NCBI GenBank assembly: GCA_951406725.2
Contig: OX597820.1
Span: 92,008,001 to 92,072,000 of the forward strand
Direction: 5' to 3'
DNA length: 64,000 nucleotides
DNA from: Octopus vulgaris
Lineage: Eukaryota
The notes under the pieces were generated by a model that saw only the letters and a program-made list of their open reading frames with translations, did not search any database and was not told where the DNA came from. The translations under genes and the position numbers were made by a program. Of the stretch, positions 44,123 to 58,719 are shown in pieces (position 1 is the first letter of the stretch; every line of letters starts with the position of its first letter).

Positions 44123-44668
44123 CACTGAGCCGCAAATGAAACGCGAGTCATGTGTGAGTGTAAAATATATTTTAATTTCATTATGTCAGAGATAAATTTT
44201 AATAACATTTTTTACATTCAATTTATCGGATACCCTTTGACCACATTCTATGTGTCATTGTCATGTGTTCTGGTAGTGGGCAGATCCAGCATATCTAGCT
44301 TGTAGGGTGTGAGAGGTTCAATGTCCTCCCGGAGAGTTCGAAACCGCCATAAACAATCGGTACGTGGAATATATGAGCCGGTTCACAAAAGCCATTGGTA
44401 CCTGTGCCCACACACTGCATAAAGCTGCCTCCAGTTCCTCACGAGTTGTTGGCTTTGGAACCACCTAGATCAGCCGTCTCCGGACTTCAGCCCACAGGTG
44501 TTTATTTCGGTTCAAATCTGGTTTTGATGTTGTGTTAACACAGGAAGACCATGGTGAACCTTGTCGTAGTGAGGAGCATTGTCCTGCTGGAAAACCTGGC
44601 TATAATGATGCGCGAAGAATGGCACGATGTGAGGTATTAGGATCTGGTCGACGTATCACTGTGCTGTG
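44123..44668 (-). mobile_element. Tc1-family transposon 3' remnant
   Basis: YVDQILIPHIVPF..VFQQDNAPH..PDLNRNKHLWAEVRRR..PTTREELEAAL..VWAQVP. Terminus TA|CACTG at 44121-44127. Confidence 0.8.
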
Positions 44669-44689
44669 ATGCTATACCCTCTACCTACA

Positions 44690-45172
44690 CCAACATTTTG
44701 GAACTATCTTGAGGAAGTGCTTATTTCTCACTGTCGTTATCTTTTGGGCATTTACACAGAAACTTACTGCTTCGGTAGACCAAATCGCTACCTCGTTCGT
44801 CTTTATGTAGCGTATAGTGCTTTCGATGACATCATAACAGCGTCCTACTGCAGCATAACGTTTATCTTCCTGAAGCATCTCCAATAGTTTTACCTTCTCA
44901 TAGAAGGTCATAACCTTTTTGCTGGCGTTTAGGTTCACTGCCAGAAACCTTAGAATGTGTAGAGCATTTGGGTGGCATCATCAGGTTTTAATAACATGCT
45001 GCGAAAAGCACAACACTTAACAAAACACTCGAGGTAGCTACTGGATGAACCAAAAAAAAAATCTTACTTGCGTCTCATATGCGCATACCACTAATGGGAG
45101 ATTGAGCAGAGATTAAAAATAATCGAGATTTTGAAAAATTTAGTTTCTATTACCACTAGATACAGTAATCTA

Positions 45173-45222
<50 letters not shown>

Positions 45223-45223
45223 A

Positions 45224-45303
<80 letters not shown>

Positions 45304-45498
45304 TCATAATAATAATAATAGCAACAACAACAAAAATAATAATGAGAGAGAGAGAGAGAGATTTCTCGAAAGAAGTCATAAAAATTGCAGACGATGTTTA
45401 TGTTTCCACGAATATTCGGTGATTTCCACGAACAATTATTCGTTCCGCGAATAACCGGGACCGGGAATGCCTAACCGCAAATAAGCAGGTGTACACTG
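44690..45498 (-). mobile_element. Tigger/pogo transposon 5' remnant
   Basis: ORF 44681-44938 KKVMTFYEKVKLLEML...YAAVGRCYDVIESTIRYIKTNE (CENP-B-type HTH). Terminus TA|CAGTGTACACCTGCTTATTTGCGG at 45498. Confidence 0.8.
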
Positions 45499-45530
<32 letters not shown>

Positions 45531-47350
45531 TGTATGTATGTATGTATGTATGTATGTATGTATGTATGTATGCATGTATATACACATATACATATACATA
45601 CATGTGTATATATGTGTTAGATTAATATATATATGTATATATATATGTATGCATGTATGTATGTATATATAAGTTCATGGAAGTCAGGAAGTGTCCGGAA
45701 TGTGAAAAGTTCGTAATATGCAGAAAGTTACATACACTTCGAGATAATGTAGAAAGGAGTCCATCATGTTGATCGGTTGTAGTTTTGTAACGGTATGACT
45801 GATGTGAATAGTAAAAACTTGGAATTGATAGAAAAGGGGTATGCACATAGTCATTTACTGTTTCCACTGAAACTTTATCAATTCATTATAAGAACTATTT
45901 TAACGACTTTTTAATTCATAGTTGTTTTGTCAAAACAAATACATGGTAGCTGTATTTCCTAGGAACAACAGCCAATTCTCCGTCAGATCAAAAAGCAAGT
46001 CCCACCCGTATATGTACATAGAATGTATTGAAGTATAATAAAATAACGTATTCTTTTTACGCCTGATGGATTTTTCTATCTCGCAATAGTGAAAGCTCTC
46101 TTGATATCACTCCCCACTGATGTGCAACCGATTTTGTCACACTGACGTGCTACAGATTCTTCCATATTTTTAAATATTAGAATATTCTATATATAGACTA
46201 TTATCTGAAATATCACCAGCGAACTACAATATTTATCGTCGTAATTTGTTGTATCTAAAATTAACAGTGCAAATGACTGCGATTAAATACTGGCACAAAA
46301 CATTCTTAGACAGAAACTATATAAAACTGATCGAAAGAGTGGCCCCTGACCTTCCGTGCTGGATTATTGCGTCGTAGTATTTAACATCATCATCGGTCTT
46401 TTGAGTGTCTTATACTTGAGATTAATATTTGAAAAGCATTATGGATTGGACACCTGTCTGAAAATAACGCCCTTCCTTCTTGGAACTAGCCTCAAAAAAT
46501 TAAACTGATAGAAATGAGAAACCTAAACGTAACAAAATGAAAGAAAATACCATTAAGACTATCTTCTCTTCAATTAAATGATTATATAAATATCAATGGT
46601 GTATCAATTATTTTTTCATGCAATTAATCTCAACAGTTCTTTTTCTTTTGTGAATATAGTAACAAGTATTCATTAGCATAGTCTTTACCCCTCTCTTTCT
46701 CACACTTCTTTATTTAAATGTTTTACTTTCTGTTTCCTATAATTTCTTTCACTCATTTTGGACTTATTTTTACAAATTTTACTTTTAACTCATTCGCCCA
46801 TTTGCACACAACACTACACACACTTCATGCATTTCTTTTTCATTGCCTAAGTTTCTATCTCAAGAAATAAAAACTAGCTAAAATTATAATCACTTAAAAT
46901 TCGGTTGCTATTTATCAGTACTTGTTACAAAGTTAAGTTTCTATACGATTCGCCCGCAGCTCGTACAAAATCTCATTACCCAATCAACAGAGTTTGGTTT
47001 GGGAAAATTTAGACATAATATCACTCGTATTTTTTGTTACTGAAGCAACGTTCACTTCTTTCCCGCCGGCTTCGAAGTTCTCTGAGAATGTTGAGATTGA
47101 AAATTACTGAATATAATATCCTTGTGATTATGTTTTGTATTTCAAATAATTTCTGAAAAGTTGGACGAAAAATTTAAATGTATATTTGTAAAATACTTTT
47201 ATTTCTGAATCTTTGAAAATTTCTTTCGTAGCGCCAATTGATTTATATTCATACATGCATGCACATAGACATATATCACATACGTGTATACAGATACAAA
47301 CACTATCACAAACTCACAAGCACACATAAGCACACGCGCACATTTGTGCG

Positions 47351-47417
<67 letters not shown>

Positions 47418-47647
47418 GTGTGTACAGATATGTATTATAATTGTGTGTGTATATATATGCATATATATATATATATGTATATATATGTGTGTGTATGTAT
47501 GTTTGTGTACAGATATGTATTATAAATGTGTATGTATATATATGCATATATATATGTATGTAACTATATGTATATATATATATATATATATATGTATATG
47601 TATATGTATAAGTATGTATGTATAAAAATATGTGTGTACATATATAC

Positions 47648-47687
<40 letters not shown>

Positions 47688-47788
47688 ATTAAAGATGAAA
47701 AATCATCTGCTCATAGGTATAAATATATATAAAACCAAGAACTAAAATAAGTTTTCTAATACTAAGCGAAATGTGACCCCTTGTAATA

Positions 47789-47879
47789 CTCCCTGATGAT
47801 AGAGGCAGTTATTCAAAATTTTGGATATGAACAGCTATTATTTTCAAAGATTACTGTTCCCCAGAAATGGCCATAGGAG
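47789..47879 (+). ncRNA. Type I hammerhead ribozyme motif within a pLTR-like insertion (~47683-48060)
   Basis: Stem I CTCC/GGAG; CTGATGA (47793-47799); eroded long stem II; GAAA (47864-47867); palindromic T-GGCC-A stem III; ATA triplet. Confidence 0.7.
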
Positions 47880-48109
47880 AATTGATTTGATACGTACATT
47901 GAAAAAAGAACGAAACACCAGCATTTAATCTACGAATTATTTCTTTATATATTATACTCTGGACATTTTATTACTTTATAAACTATACACTATGCACCTT
48001 ATAATCTTTTTTAACACAGTTTTCTAACCTTTTAATATGATTATATGTATTTCTCACATATTTTTTTTAGATTTGCATAATTTGTCCAACACATAGTTTT
48101 TTTATTTAT

Positions 48110-48510
48110 TTCTTTTACTTGTTTTAGACATTTCACTGCGGTCATGCTGGAGCACCGCCTCTAGTCGAACAAATCATCGCCAGGGCTTACTCTTTGTAAG
48201 CCCAGTACTTATTCTATCGGTCTCTTATGCCGAACCGCTAAGTGACGGGGACGTAAACACACCAGCATCGGTTGTCAAGCAATGCTAGGGGAACAAACAG
48301 AGACGCAAACACATACACACACACATATATATATATATACATATATACGACAGGCTTCTTTCAGTTTCCGTCTACCAAATCCACTCACAAGGCATTGGTC
48401 GACCCGGGGCTATAGCAGAAGACACTTGCCCAAGATGCCACGCAGCGGGACTGAACCCGGAACCATGTGGTTGGTTAGCAAGCTACTTACCACACAGCCA
48501 CTCCTGCGCC
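48110..48510 (-). mobile_element. SINE family A, full length
   Basis: Near-identical to 59403-59815. Its tail region is repeated at ~48520-48655. Confidence 0.9.
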
Positions 48511-48658
48511 TATATATATAGTTTTTTTTTATTTCTTTTACTTGTTTTAGACATTTCACTGCGGTCATGCTGGAGCACCGCCTCTAGTCGAACAAATCAT
48601 CGCCAGGGCTTACTCTTTGCAAGCCTAGTACTTATACTATCGGTCTCATTTGTCGAAC

Positions 48659-49722
48659 TTCGAATTCAATAAAGGCAACAACAGAACGGAAAGTATGATG
48701 AATATTAATGCAGTATATTGGGAGTGGGCACTAAGTGTAAGCCTGTGTCAACGATGATTCCAGAAATTCCGAGCCGGAAGCTACAGTTTAGCGGACGAGC
48801 CTCGTCCTGGAAGATCTGTAGCATTCGACGAGGACGTCTTGTTCACCTCGGTGGAACAAAATCCCATTGTAACTGTTAAGGAACTAGCAGAGAAGCTTGG
48901 ATTTGTTCATTCAACTATTCATCGACACATGGGTGCCATCGGAAAAGTCAGCTAATTGAGTCAATGGGATCCTCACAAATTCTTCGTGTCTAATCGCGTG
49001 CAGAGAGTGAATGTGTGCTCTTTTTGCTGTCACGTCTCACAAATTAATCGATTTTGGACCGAATAGTACCTGGTAACGAGAAATCGATTCTCTAAAAATT
49101 TCTCAAGCACCGAAGACAGTGGGTAGGGAAAGGAGAAACACTGGCACCTCAGTTTGAAGAGAATTTCCACTCACATAGGGTGTTGTTATCTGTTTGGTGG
49201 GATATGAAAGGTTTAGTCCGCATTGAAATTTTAAACAAAAACCAAACGATGAAAAGGAGATCTACTGTAAGCAGCTTGAGCGGTTTATGTCAGCGCTAGA
49301 AGAAAAACGATCATGTTTGGTTTCAAGATGAAAGGTGTTTTTCCAACAGGATTATGCTCGGCCACATACAGTGAGGATGACATTCGAAAAGCCGAAGCAG
49401 TTTGAATGGGAACGATGCCCCACCCAACATATTCACCGGACATTGCTCCATCGGATTATCATCTATTCTGCAGTCTTCAAAATCATTTGGACGGAAAAAA
49501 TATGAATTTCATAGTCGAGGTCTGAACAGTACTAGGGAAAACTTTTTCGTCACAGATAAGTGAATTTTAGAAGAGGGCCTTGCAAGTCTACCAGATAGAC
49601 GGAAGAGCATTGTAGTAAATAAAAGAGAGTATATTTTAGGTTAAAAATCAACTCTGCTCATCTTAATGTTGAAGACAAAAAGAAGTATAAAAAAACTGCA
49701 TTAGGTATGGGATGACCCAATG
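48659..49722 (+). mobile_element. Degenerate mariner (DD34D-type) transposon lacking its left end
   Basis: DEPRPGRS, WDPHK (WVPHEL), RIVPGNEK (TGDEKW), FQQDYARPH, HPTYSPDIAPSDYHLF. Right terminus ...gatgacccaatgTA. Confidence 0.9.
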
Positions 49723-49752
49723 TATATATACTTATATATATATATATACATA

Positions 49753-50570
49753 TCGTTGTTTAAGAAAAATGTCTATTTCCTTGGTTTTGTGTTTATGTTT
49801 TCGTTTCTCATTGTGTTCGACATTTTTTGGGTGTCCTGTACACATATATGCATGTATATATACATGTAGATGTAGGTACGTACTTATATGTATGTATATA
49901 TGCCTATGTTTTATTTATTTATTAATTTATTATATCACGGAATGCACGCATCCATTCCCTTTTTTTCTCTCCCTTTCTCTTACTCCTCATCCTTCCTCCC
50001 GTCGTTGACCCGCGACGAGAGCTCTGCTACTGTCTTTCTGTCCTGGCTGCCTTCAAGTAGAGACGGCACTTTCTGTTGCTCCTTCGCCGTTCTCAAAATT
50101 AGCGTTCGTAATATTTTATCTCGTTCGGCTTAAGAGCCCTTCTTGTTTGTGTTACTGTTATTCTCCTTGTCCTGTCTTTAACTGTTTATATTTTGTACTG
50201 TCGTTACTGTCCTGTTTTTGTTACCATTTTTACCCCTCCGCAACAAAATCTCAAATTTTATTTAATTTGATTTTCGCGGGAAGGAATGTTTCATTAAAAT
50301 CATGTATCGCCTTGACCTTCGAAACGTGGAGTAGATGAAACAAAGGCGACTGAAGAAGGGGAATTTTCCTTGTTTTGTATGTCCTGTACTCTTTTTTTTC
50401 GTTGTTTAAGAAAAATGTCCATTTCCTTGGTTTTGTGTTTATGTTTTCGTTTCTCATTGTGTTCGACGTTTTTTGGTGTACCCATATATGCATGTATATA
50501 TACATGTAGAGGTAGGTACATACATATATGTATGTATATACGCATATGTTTTATTTATTTATTAATTTTA
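49753..50570 (+). mobile_element. Partial-tandem pLTR-like element bounded by ~175-bp direct repeats
   Basis: 49753-49930 matches 50399-50570. (TA)n flanks. Eroded hammerhead-like halves inside (GAAGG...CCTTC-GAAACGT at ~50280-50327). Confidence 0.55.
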
Positions 50571-51080
50571 TATATATATATATATACATAAACGCACATA
50601 CATACATAAGCACTTATTTCTTTTAAATTGATCCAGGAGACGACAGTACACAGCACTCGGTAAGCACTCAGCAACGAAAAATGAGTTCTGTTGCATAAAG
50701 AGAAAATGTAATCTTCCGTCCTAAAAACTGAACATACATTAGCTGGTTGTAAGGATATGATTCCTAACAATTCGGTCACTTTCGAGATACTGTATATTGT
50801 ATCTAAGCTTCCTTATGATAGAATGTCAGAATAGATAAATGAATCAGTTTGAATGCGCATGAAGTAAACCAGTCGCAATCGTAACACAACAATGCACCAT
50901 AGTTCACAAATTGAGTATTTTTTTTTTTTATTTTATCTAGTTTAAGCTCACGGGCAGTGGCAATGCCTGGGCACCGCCATTTATATATATATGTGTGTGT
51001 TATACACACGTACATATGATTGTACTCATATGTCCTTATATGCATATACACACATGCTTATATATATATATATAGACATG

Positions 51081-51122
<42 letters not shown>

Positions 51123-51139
51123 CATATATATATATATTT

Positions 51140-51189
<50 letters not shown>

Positions 51190-51190
51190 A

Positions 51191-51370
51191 TAATATAAAT
51201 AAATGGGTAAACATACTCACACACATACACACAAGCATATATATATATAGATACACACCCAGACACACACATACATATATATATGTATATGTATGTGTGT
51301 GTCTGGGTGTGTATCTATATATATATGCTTGTGTGTATGTGTGTGAGTATGTTTACCCATTTATTATATT
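51191..51370. repeat. Near-perfect ~85-bp-arm palindrome centred on a TA-rich spacer
   Basis: aaatgggtaaacatactcac...acacccagacacac mirrored by gtgtgtctgggtgt...gtgagtatgtttacccattt. Confidence 0.85.
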
Positions 51371-52546
51371 TAGTGTTGTTTTTTACCGTAATAGTTATAA
51401 GCATCAACTTTTCAAATAGTATATATTAATAGATTTGTAAGGAAAGAAGATATTTGAAGTATACTTTGTAACAATTCATAAATTCATAACGAACGACGCC
51501 TCGAAGTATTCAGCAGCAGCCCTCAAGAGACATAAATATTATTAATAACTGCAATTACTGACCAAAAATAGAATAATGATAATAAATTAAATAATTGCTC
51601 ATCGCAGACTAAGACAGAAAATGAAAGATGTGAGTTTGAATGTAACTAAAAACCACATACGTGAACCACCAATAGCAAGTATACAGTAAACCCTAAGAAC
51701 CAATATTCAACAAGAGCAAAGGTAACCAAAATATAGAAGAAAAGGCAAAGAAGAACGAAATGAAAGAAAATGAAAAATTTAAGGAGGTCAAGGAACAGGA
51801 AGGGAAAGGTCAAGAGGTTTAAAAAGATACGACACTAACCAATATTCGACTGATGCTGTGACATTGTTAGCGACTACTTCTCTTGGTACTTTATAATAGA
51901 TGTTACTATTTAGAATGACAAGGAAATTGAATGTAACATTTGCATGTGTACTTACATGTCTAAAATGACTATATAATTGGTGCTATGCCAATCTTCCTGT
52001 CTGTCAGTCTATCACACTATCTGCATCTATATTTCCTATTCTCCTCTCCTTCTCTACATACATACGTATATCCGAGTGTGCGCGCGCGCGTGTGTGCGTG
52101 TGTGCATTTGTGTGTGCGTGTGTTTGTGTTTGTGTATGTGCATGCGTGCATGCGTGTGTGCATGCGTGTATATATAGGGAAAAGTGATAGAAATTTTATA
52201 CAGTAAGGATGGATGGCCTTTTTCTAATGTTCAAGTTTTCCGAAGCTGATAATCAGTATTTTAAAGAAGTGACCCTTTTTAAAGATTTTTTTCTTCTTTT
52301 TCCTGTTATTTTATGTAGAACGGTTGCGATTGCACAGTTCCCGTTGTAAAAAAACAGTAATAAAATGCAAATCAATGTATAAACATACAAGTGTATTTTA
52401 CACAATGCATGCGTTTGTTTGTAATGTGAATGCGAGTGTGATGAAATATATTGCATGAGAGAGAATGCGACTTATTTTACAAAGCTTCTTGAAACTAAAT
52501 ATATTCTGCTGAGAAAGTTAACGTTTTTAGAATGTATTGTTTTGTA

Positions 52547-52961
52547 GGCGGCAAGCTAACAGAAACGTTAGCACGCCGGGCGAAATGCCTAACGGTATTT
52601 CGTCTGCCGCTACGTTCTGAGTTCAAATTCCGCCGAGGTCGACTTTGCTTTTCACCCATCCGGGGTCGATTAAATAAGCACCAGTTACGCACTGGGGTCG
52701 ATATAATCGACTTAATCCGTTTGTCTGTCCTTGTTTGTCCTCTCTGTGTTTAGCCCCTTGTGGGTAATAAAGAAATAGGTATTTCGTTTGCCGTTATGTT
52801 CTGAGTTCAAATTCCGCAGAGGTCGACTTTGCCTTTCATCCTTTCGGGGTTGATAAATTAAGTACCAGTTACACACTAGGATCAATGTAATCGAATTAAT
52901 CCGTTTGTCTGTCCTTGTTTGTCCCTGCTATGTTTAGCCCCTTGTGGGCAATAAAGAAATA
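52547..52961 (+). mobile_element. SINE family B partial dimer
   Basis: Junction aaagaaata|ggtatttcg at 52777/52778. Confidence 0.9.
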
Positions 52962-53438
52962 AAAATGTATTGTTTTGTAAGTTTATGGTTAATTAAATAG
53001 TGTCATGTATGACAATTATAAATTAGGGTTTAACAGTATTGGCAGGTAGATAAAAGTTAGGTGCTGCATGGTGTTTGAGAATAATTTTGTAAACAGTTAT
53101 TAAATAATATAAGAAATAAAACAAAAATGTAAGCAGAAGTAAGAATAAAAGAGTTCCAGCACTAATTTGAACAGTGGAAAACGCATCTGAACCGATTCAT
53201 TGCTTCAAATGGAAAATATTTGCAAGCGACAAAAAGTGTAAACATGTAAAACTAAATGCATAAAATAATATTACAAAATTCCGGTTCCTTTTTGGTACCC
53301 CTTCGTATACATGTGTGTGTGTGTGTGTGAGTGTGTGTGTGTGCGTGTGTGTGTATGTGTGTGTGTGCGCGTGCGTGCGTGTGTTTTCAGCGATTATTTG
53401 GTAAACTGTGATGAATTTTACAAACTCTAAATAACAAC

Positions 53439-53491
<53 letters not shown>

Positions 53492-53499
53492 TAAAAAAG

Positions 53500-53559
<60 letters not shown>

Positions 53560-53733
53560 TTATAAGCTTAGAGCTTATAAGCTATTTCTTTGCATTCACT
53601 AAAGTAAAAGTATGGTTTGCCGCACGGTAAACCCTACTTTTTCCCGTCGAGGGTTTATGTGCCCCTATATTAGACTACCTTAGTGATGCACGGTGATCGC
53701 TTATATGCTTATAAAATATTATTATTATACTTT

Positions 53734-54020
<287 letters not shown>

Positions 54021-54811
54021 AGCATGCACGCAGATGGTGTAAGTCAAATATGATACCAAGTATGATAGCTTGACCTGTTCCTAAACACAGTAAGTCCGTG
54101 CAAGCGTTCCAAGAGTCTGAGAAGTTCTGGTGTGTTAATTTGTTTGAGGTTTTTAAAGTGCTGCACAGTACTGAACCGACTTTTGATCGCAATTATCTAT
54201 AAAATCAATATCACAAAACTGGGTGAGACGAATAGAAACCAATTACTTTTGAGGTTATTTTTATACGAGTTTTAATTTCTAGACGGAACTGGGGCCCTTC
54301 AATTCCACTGGTTCATATGTTAATTAACCCATAGTTGGATCCCTAACAGATGCTACTACTCAGGGTCAGAGTAGAACAATAATGATAAAAAGATGGTTCC
54401 ACTCAACTCAATACAATGGAACTTCCCTTACAATGATCCCGTTACCGGATGCAGTTAAAAGTCATAACCTGGTGTATATATACATATAGGATATTACATG
54501 CATAGATACTTGCATACATACGTTCATACACACACATACATGCATAAAGAGAAATCTATGCTCTTTCTCTCTCTTTCACACTTTCTTTCTCACCCTTTCT
54601 CTCTCTCTCTCTCTCTCTCCCGTGCTCCACTAAGAACTTAAATTAAATTCTCAAATTTCTGTTCTGTGTATAAATTACATATATAACGGACACGTGAATT
54701 GATACATAAATAGTTAGACAGACAGGACGACAGAGAGAGAGAGAGACAGACAGAGAAACAGACAGACAGACAGACAGACAGATAGACAGACAAACGGACA
54801 GTCAGACAGAG

Positions 54812-54876
<65 letters not shown>

Positions 54877-54877
54877 C

Positions 54878-55197
54878 ATTATTTACATTATTTACATTTG
54901 ACAGATATTTGTCCTCATCTTGCTGTTAACACAACGTTTCGACTGATATACCCTTCCGGGAAATTTCGAACCTGTATTCTCATTCCTAAGGTATTTTTCG
55001 ATGTTATTATTATTGTTATTATTATTATTCAGGTCATTACCTGGAATAAAAATCTGATGGAAGGTTCATCAGCCAAAAGGCTGGAAGGTTCATCAGCTGA
55101 AACGTTATGTTAGCAACAAACAAGATGAGGACAAATATCCGTCAAATGTAAATAATGTAGATAAGGTATATAATTCCTCATCTCTTAAATATAGAAC
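54878..55197. mobile_element. Head-to-head inverted pair of pLTR-like hammerhead-family elements within (GATA)n
   Basis: 54878-55030 (minus) and 55053-55197 (plus) both match 26220-26388. Cores are damaged by deletion or duplication. Confidence 0.7.
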
Positions 55198-55351
55198 AGA
55201 TAGATAGACGAATTGATAGATAGACAGATAGATACATAGACAGACAGACACTCAGACTGACAGATAGATAGACAGATAGATAGATGGATAGATAGATAGA
55301 TAGTTAGATAGATGGTTAGATGGATAGAAAGATAGATAGATAAATGGATAA

Positions 55352-55484
<133 letters not shown>

Positions 55485-55669
55485 CAGACAGACACATGCA
55501 CACAAACGGTGTGATATGCCTTTACATATTTTATCGCTGCGAAATTATTCAATATTCACCCCCACTTTCTGATCTGAAAGTCGGAATGCGAGATAAAAGT
55601 ATTTTACGTTCATACATAAGGAATTTCCACTTTCTTATTTTCATACCTAGCCAGGATTTATTTGTGTGA

Positions 55670-55703
<34 letters not shown>

Positions 55704-55824
55704 ACACACACATACATATATATAGCTATATATATATATAAATAAATATATATATATCTATGTATCTATCTATCTATCCATCTATCTATCTATTTATTTA
55801 TCTCTCTCTCTCTCTCTCTCTCAC

Positions 55825-55878
<54 letters not shown>

Positions 55879-56404
55879 AGATAGTAAATAAGTGAGAATG
55901 ATGGTGAAAGGAAATAAAAGTTTCATAAAGAATGTATATCGAAGATGTTCGGATGTATATGATGCTTGTTCATATATCTGTAGATATTGTATTTCTATAT
56001 TATTTTAGTAGTGAAGCTTAAAAGAAAAAAAAAGTCGTGCACAACATTGAATATGTCTCTAAAGCGATTTATTCCATAGCAAAGCAATGGTGGATTTATG
56101 CAGATGTGTGGAGAACTGTCTGATATGATTCTAATATCGGCTTAAATAGATTGAGTTACCAAAAATTTTTGCTACTGGACTTGGTGAAATCGATGAAACG
56201 ACAGAAAGTATGAAACAAAAATGCATTATGTAAACTTATATACGATGGCAGAATTTAATCTTAGAACAAATCAAAAGTTTGTGGAAGAATAAACCAAAAT
56301 ATTTTGACAGAGAGAAGTTACGCTTGTGCTTGTATACACATTCATTCGTATATGCACACACACAAAGACCTGCATGTGTGTACCTATCTATTCACCTATA
56401 TCCA

Positions 56405-56458
<54 letters not shown>

Positions 56459-56691
56459 TGTATCTATCTACCAGCTCTCTTTATTTCTATACATACCTAT
56501 CCATCTGTCTGTCTCTCAATATATATATATAAATAAACATAGATAGGCAGACAGATAAAAAAATGATATAATATTATTTAACAGGAACAGTATTGAAAGT
56601 GACTTCGAAGCTTACGTCGGCTTAGCCTTCAAAGAACAGTTTGGTGTTGGCTAAGAAGCTGGAAACATCGAATTCATTGTCAATACTCACC

Positions 56692-56767
<76 letters not shown>

Positions 56768-56792
56768 ATTATATACATATATATATATATAT

Positions 56793-56854
<62 letters not shown>

Positions 56855-56935
56855 GCATATAGATGTATATATAATGTATATATATATACAGAGAGAGAGA
56901 GAGAGAGAGAGACGAGAAAGACAGAGGACAGAGAA

Positions 56936-56968
<33 letters not shown>

Positions 56969-57154
56969 CACAAAATAATCATTATGCACAATGAGCTTGG
57001 CATAATGATGGTTTCTGATTGCTGGGTGCCCACATCTGATCGTATCACAGGAAAATCTGACATTGAGGCAGATCCAGTTGGTTACCTTAAACGATTCCGA
57101 AGTCAAGATGTGTGTTTGGAGCTAGAGACAAAGTGACGTTTCCTGCAGAGGAAA

Positions 57155-57267
57155 CCCCAGTGAGTAACTGGTATTTATTTGATCGACCGCGAGAGGATAA
57201 AAGTCAAAGTCGACATCGGCGGAATTTGAACTCAGAACGTAACGGCATACGGAATACTGTTAAGCAT

Positions 57268-57268
<1 letters not shown>
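57155..57268 (-). mobile_element. SINE family B fragment
   Basis: Shares private variants with 60159-60270. Confidence 0.85.
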
Positions 57269-57344
<76 letters not shown>

Positions 57345-58542
57345 CCTCACTTGCTCCAAAGTAGGCCAACATGTTTATGCCAGAACTAGTCATACCAAAT
57401 TTAAATATTACAATAATGATCATTCCCCTCACAGCAAGAATAGATGCCACGATGCGGTACTGTTAAAATACATACAGTTACAAAAAACAGCAACAATAAT
57501 TTAAAACAGGATTTTCCCTCCATTTTTAAGCTGTATACTGGAAAGAAAAGAGCCTAGCAAATTTATACGATTGAAAAAAGTGTAAAGATATTTATAAACA
57601 ATTTAAAGCAGTTACGCTTGCCCGCACAGAATATTCAACTATCTTAAATATTTTAAACAAAATTTGTATCCTGATAGATTGTTACCACACGTAAATTCTT
57701 AATGTTATGCAATATACTCTTTTGTGAAAACCAAAATGCTTTAGCATTTACCTATTCTCTTTAGACATTCATACTCTCTTCTATCCGTTTGCCCAGAGAC
57801 GTGGTATACATAAAGAAATGCTGATTTTTGTGTATTGTAATGTATACGTAGTTATATACGTAGCCTACGAGTTGCGCTGCAGTTTGATACATACACACAT
57901 GCTATTTCTAATCCTCTCCATTTCTCTCTGTCTCTGTCAAATTCTCTCCCCCCCCTCTCTCTCTTTCTCACACACACATACACACATATTCATACATGAA
58001 ATATTAATGCGACAGCTTGTCTACCGTGTGTTTCCGTTCTCTAAGGCTTTATCCTTTAAACCGTATTTTCATAAAGGTTTCTGTATTATACATTCTTTCT
58101 TCTCTCCTTATACGTCTATCACAGCTCTGTATTCCAATTATATACTTTAATAAGCATCGTAATATGAGCAGCCATTTTCGTCTACCACTTCTGCCATAGT
58201 TAATTTAAACATAACATTTATGCTATGGCTTCTCATAAGAAACACAAATTTAATATAACCTCCCAAATTAGACTAACTAACAAACGTACAAACTCAGAAC
58301 AATCTTATTAATATTAAATTGTTTTCTCTTTCACCTCTCCGTTTCACTTTGAAAACTTAACGTTGATCTAAATATTACTTCACATAAACTCAATCAACGT
58401 TAAATTTTTCTAAAATAACCGGATTAAAACTGCGCGAGACTTACCATTATTGTTATTTGTAAATTGATAGCTGAAATTCATAATTACTTTTATGATCATT
58501 TTAAGATATGTATTTTTCTTCATAAGCATATGCATGTTATTA

Positions 58543-58573
<31 letters not shown>

Positions 58574-58719
58574 ATCATCATCATCAACGCTCATAAACAT
58601 TTTAAACAAACTCTGTATTCTGATAGCTACCACACATAAATTCTTAATTTCCTCCTCCTCTTCCTCAACATCATCATCATCATCATCATCGTTGTTGCTG
58701 TTCTCCAACTCACAGATCT

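Noticed and set aside
56585-56696. Possible Tc1/mariner-type terminus (CACCCTG|TA)
   Set aside because: No partner TIR or coding support.
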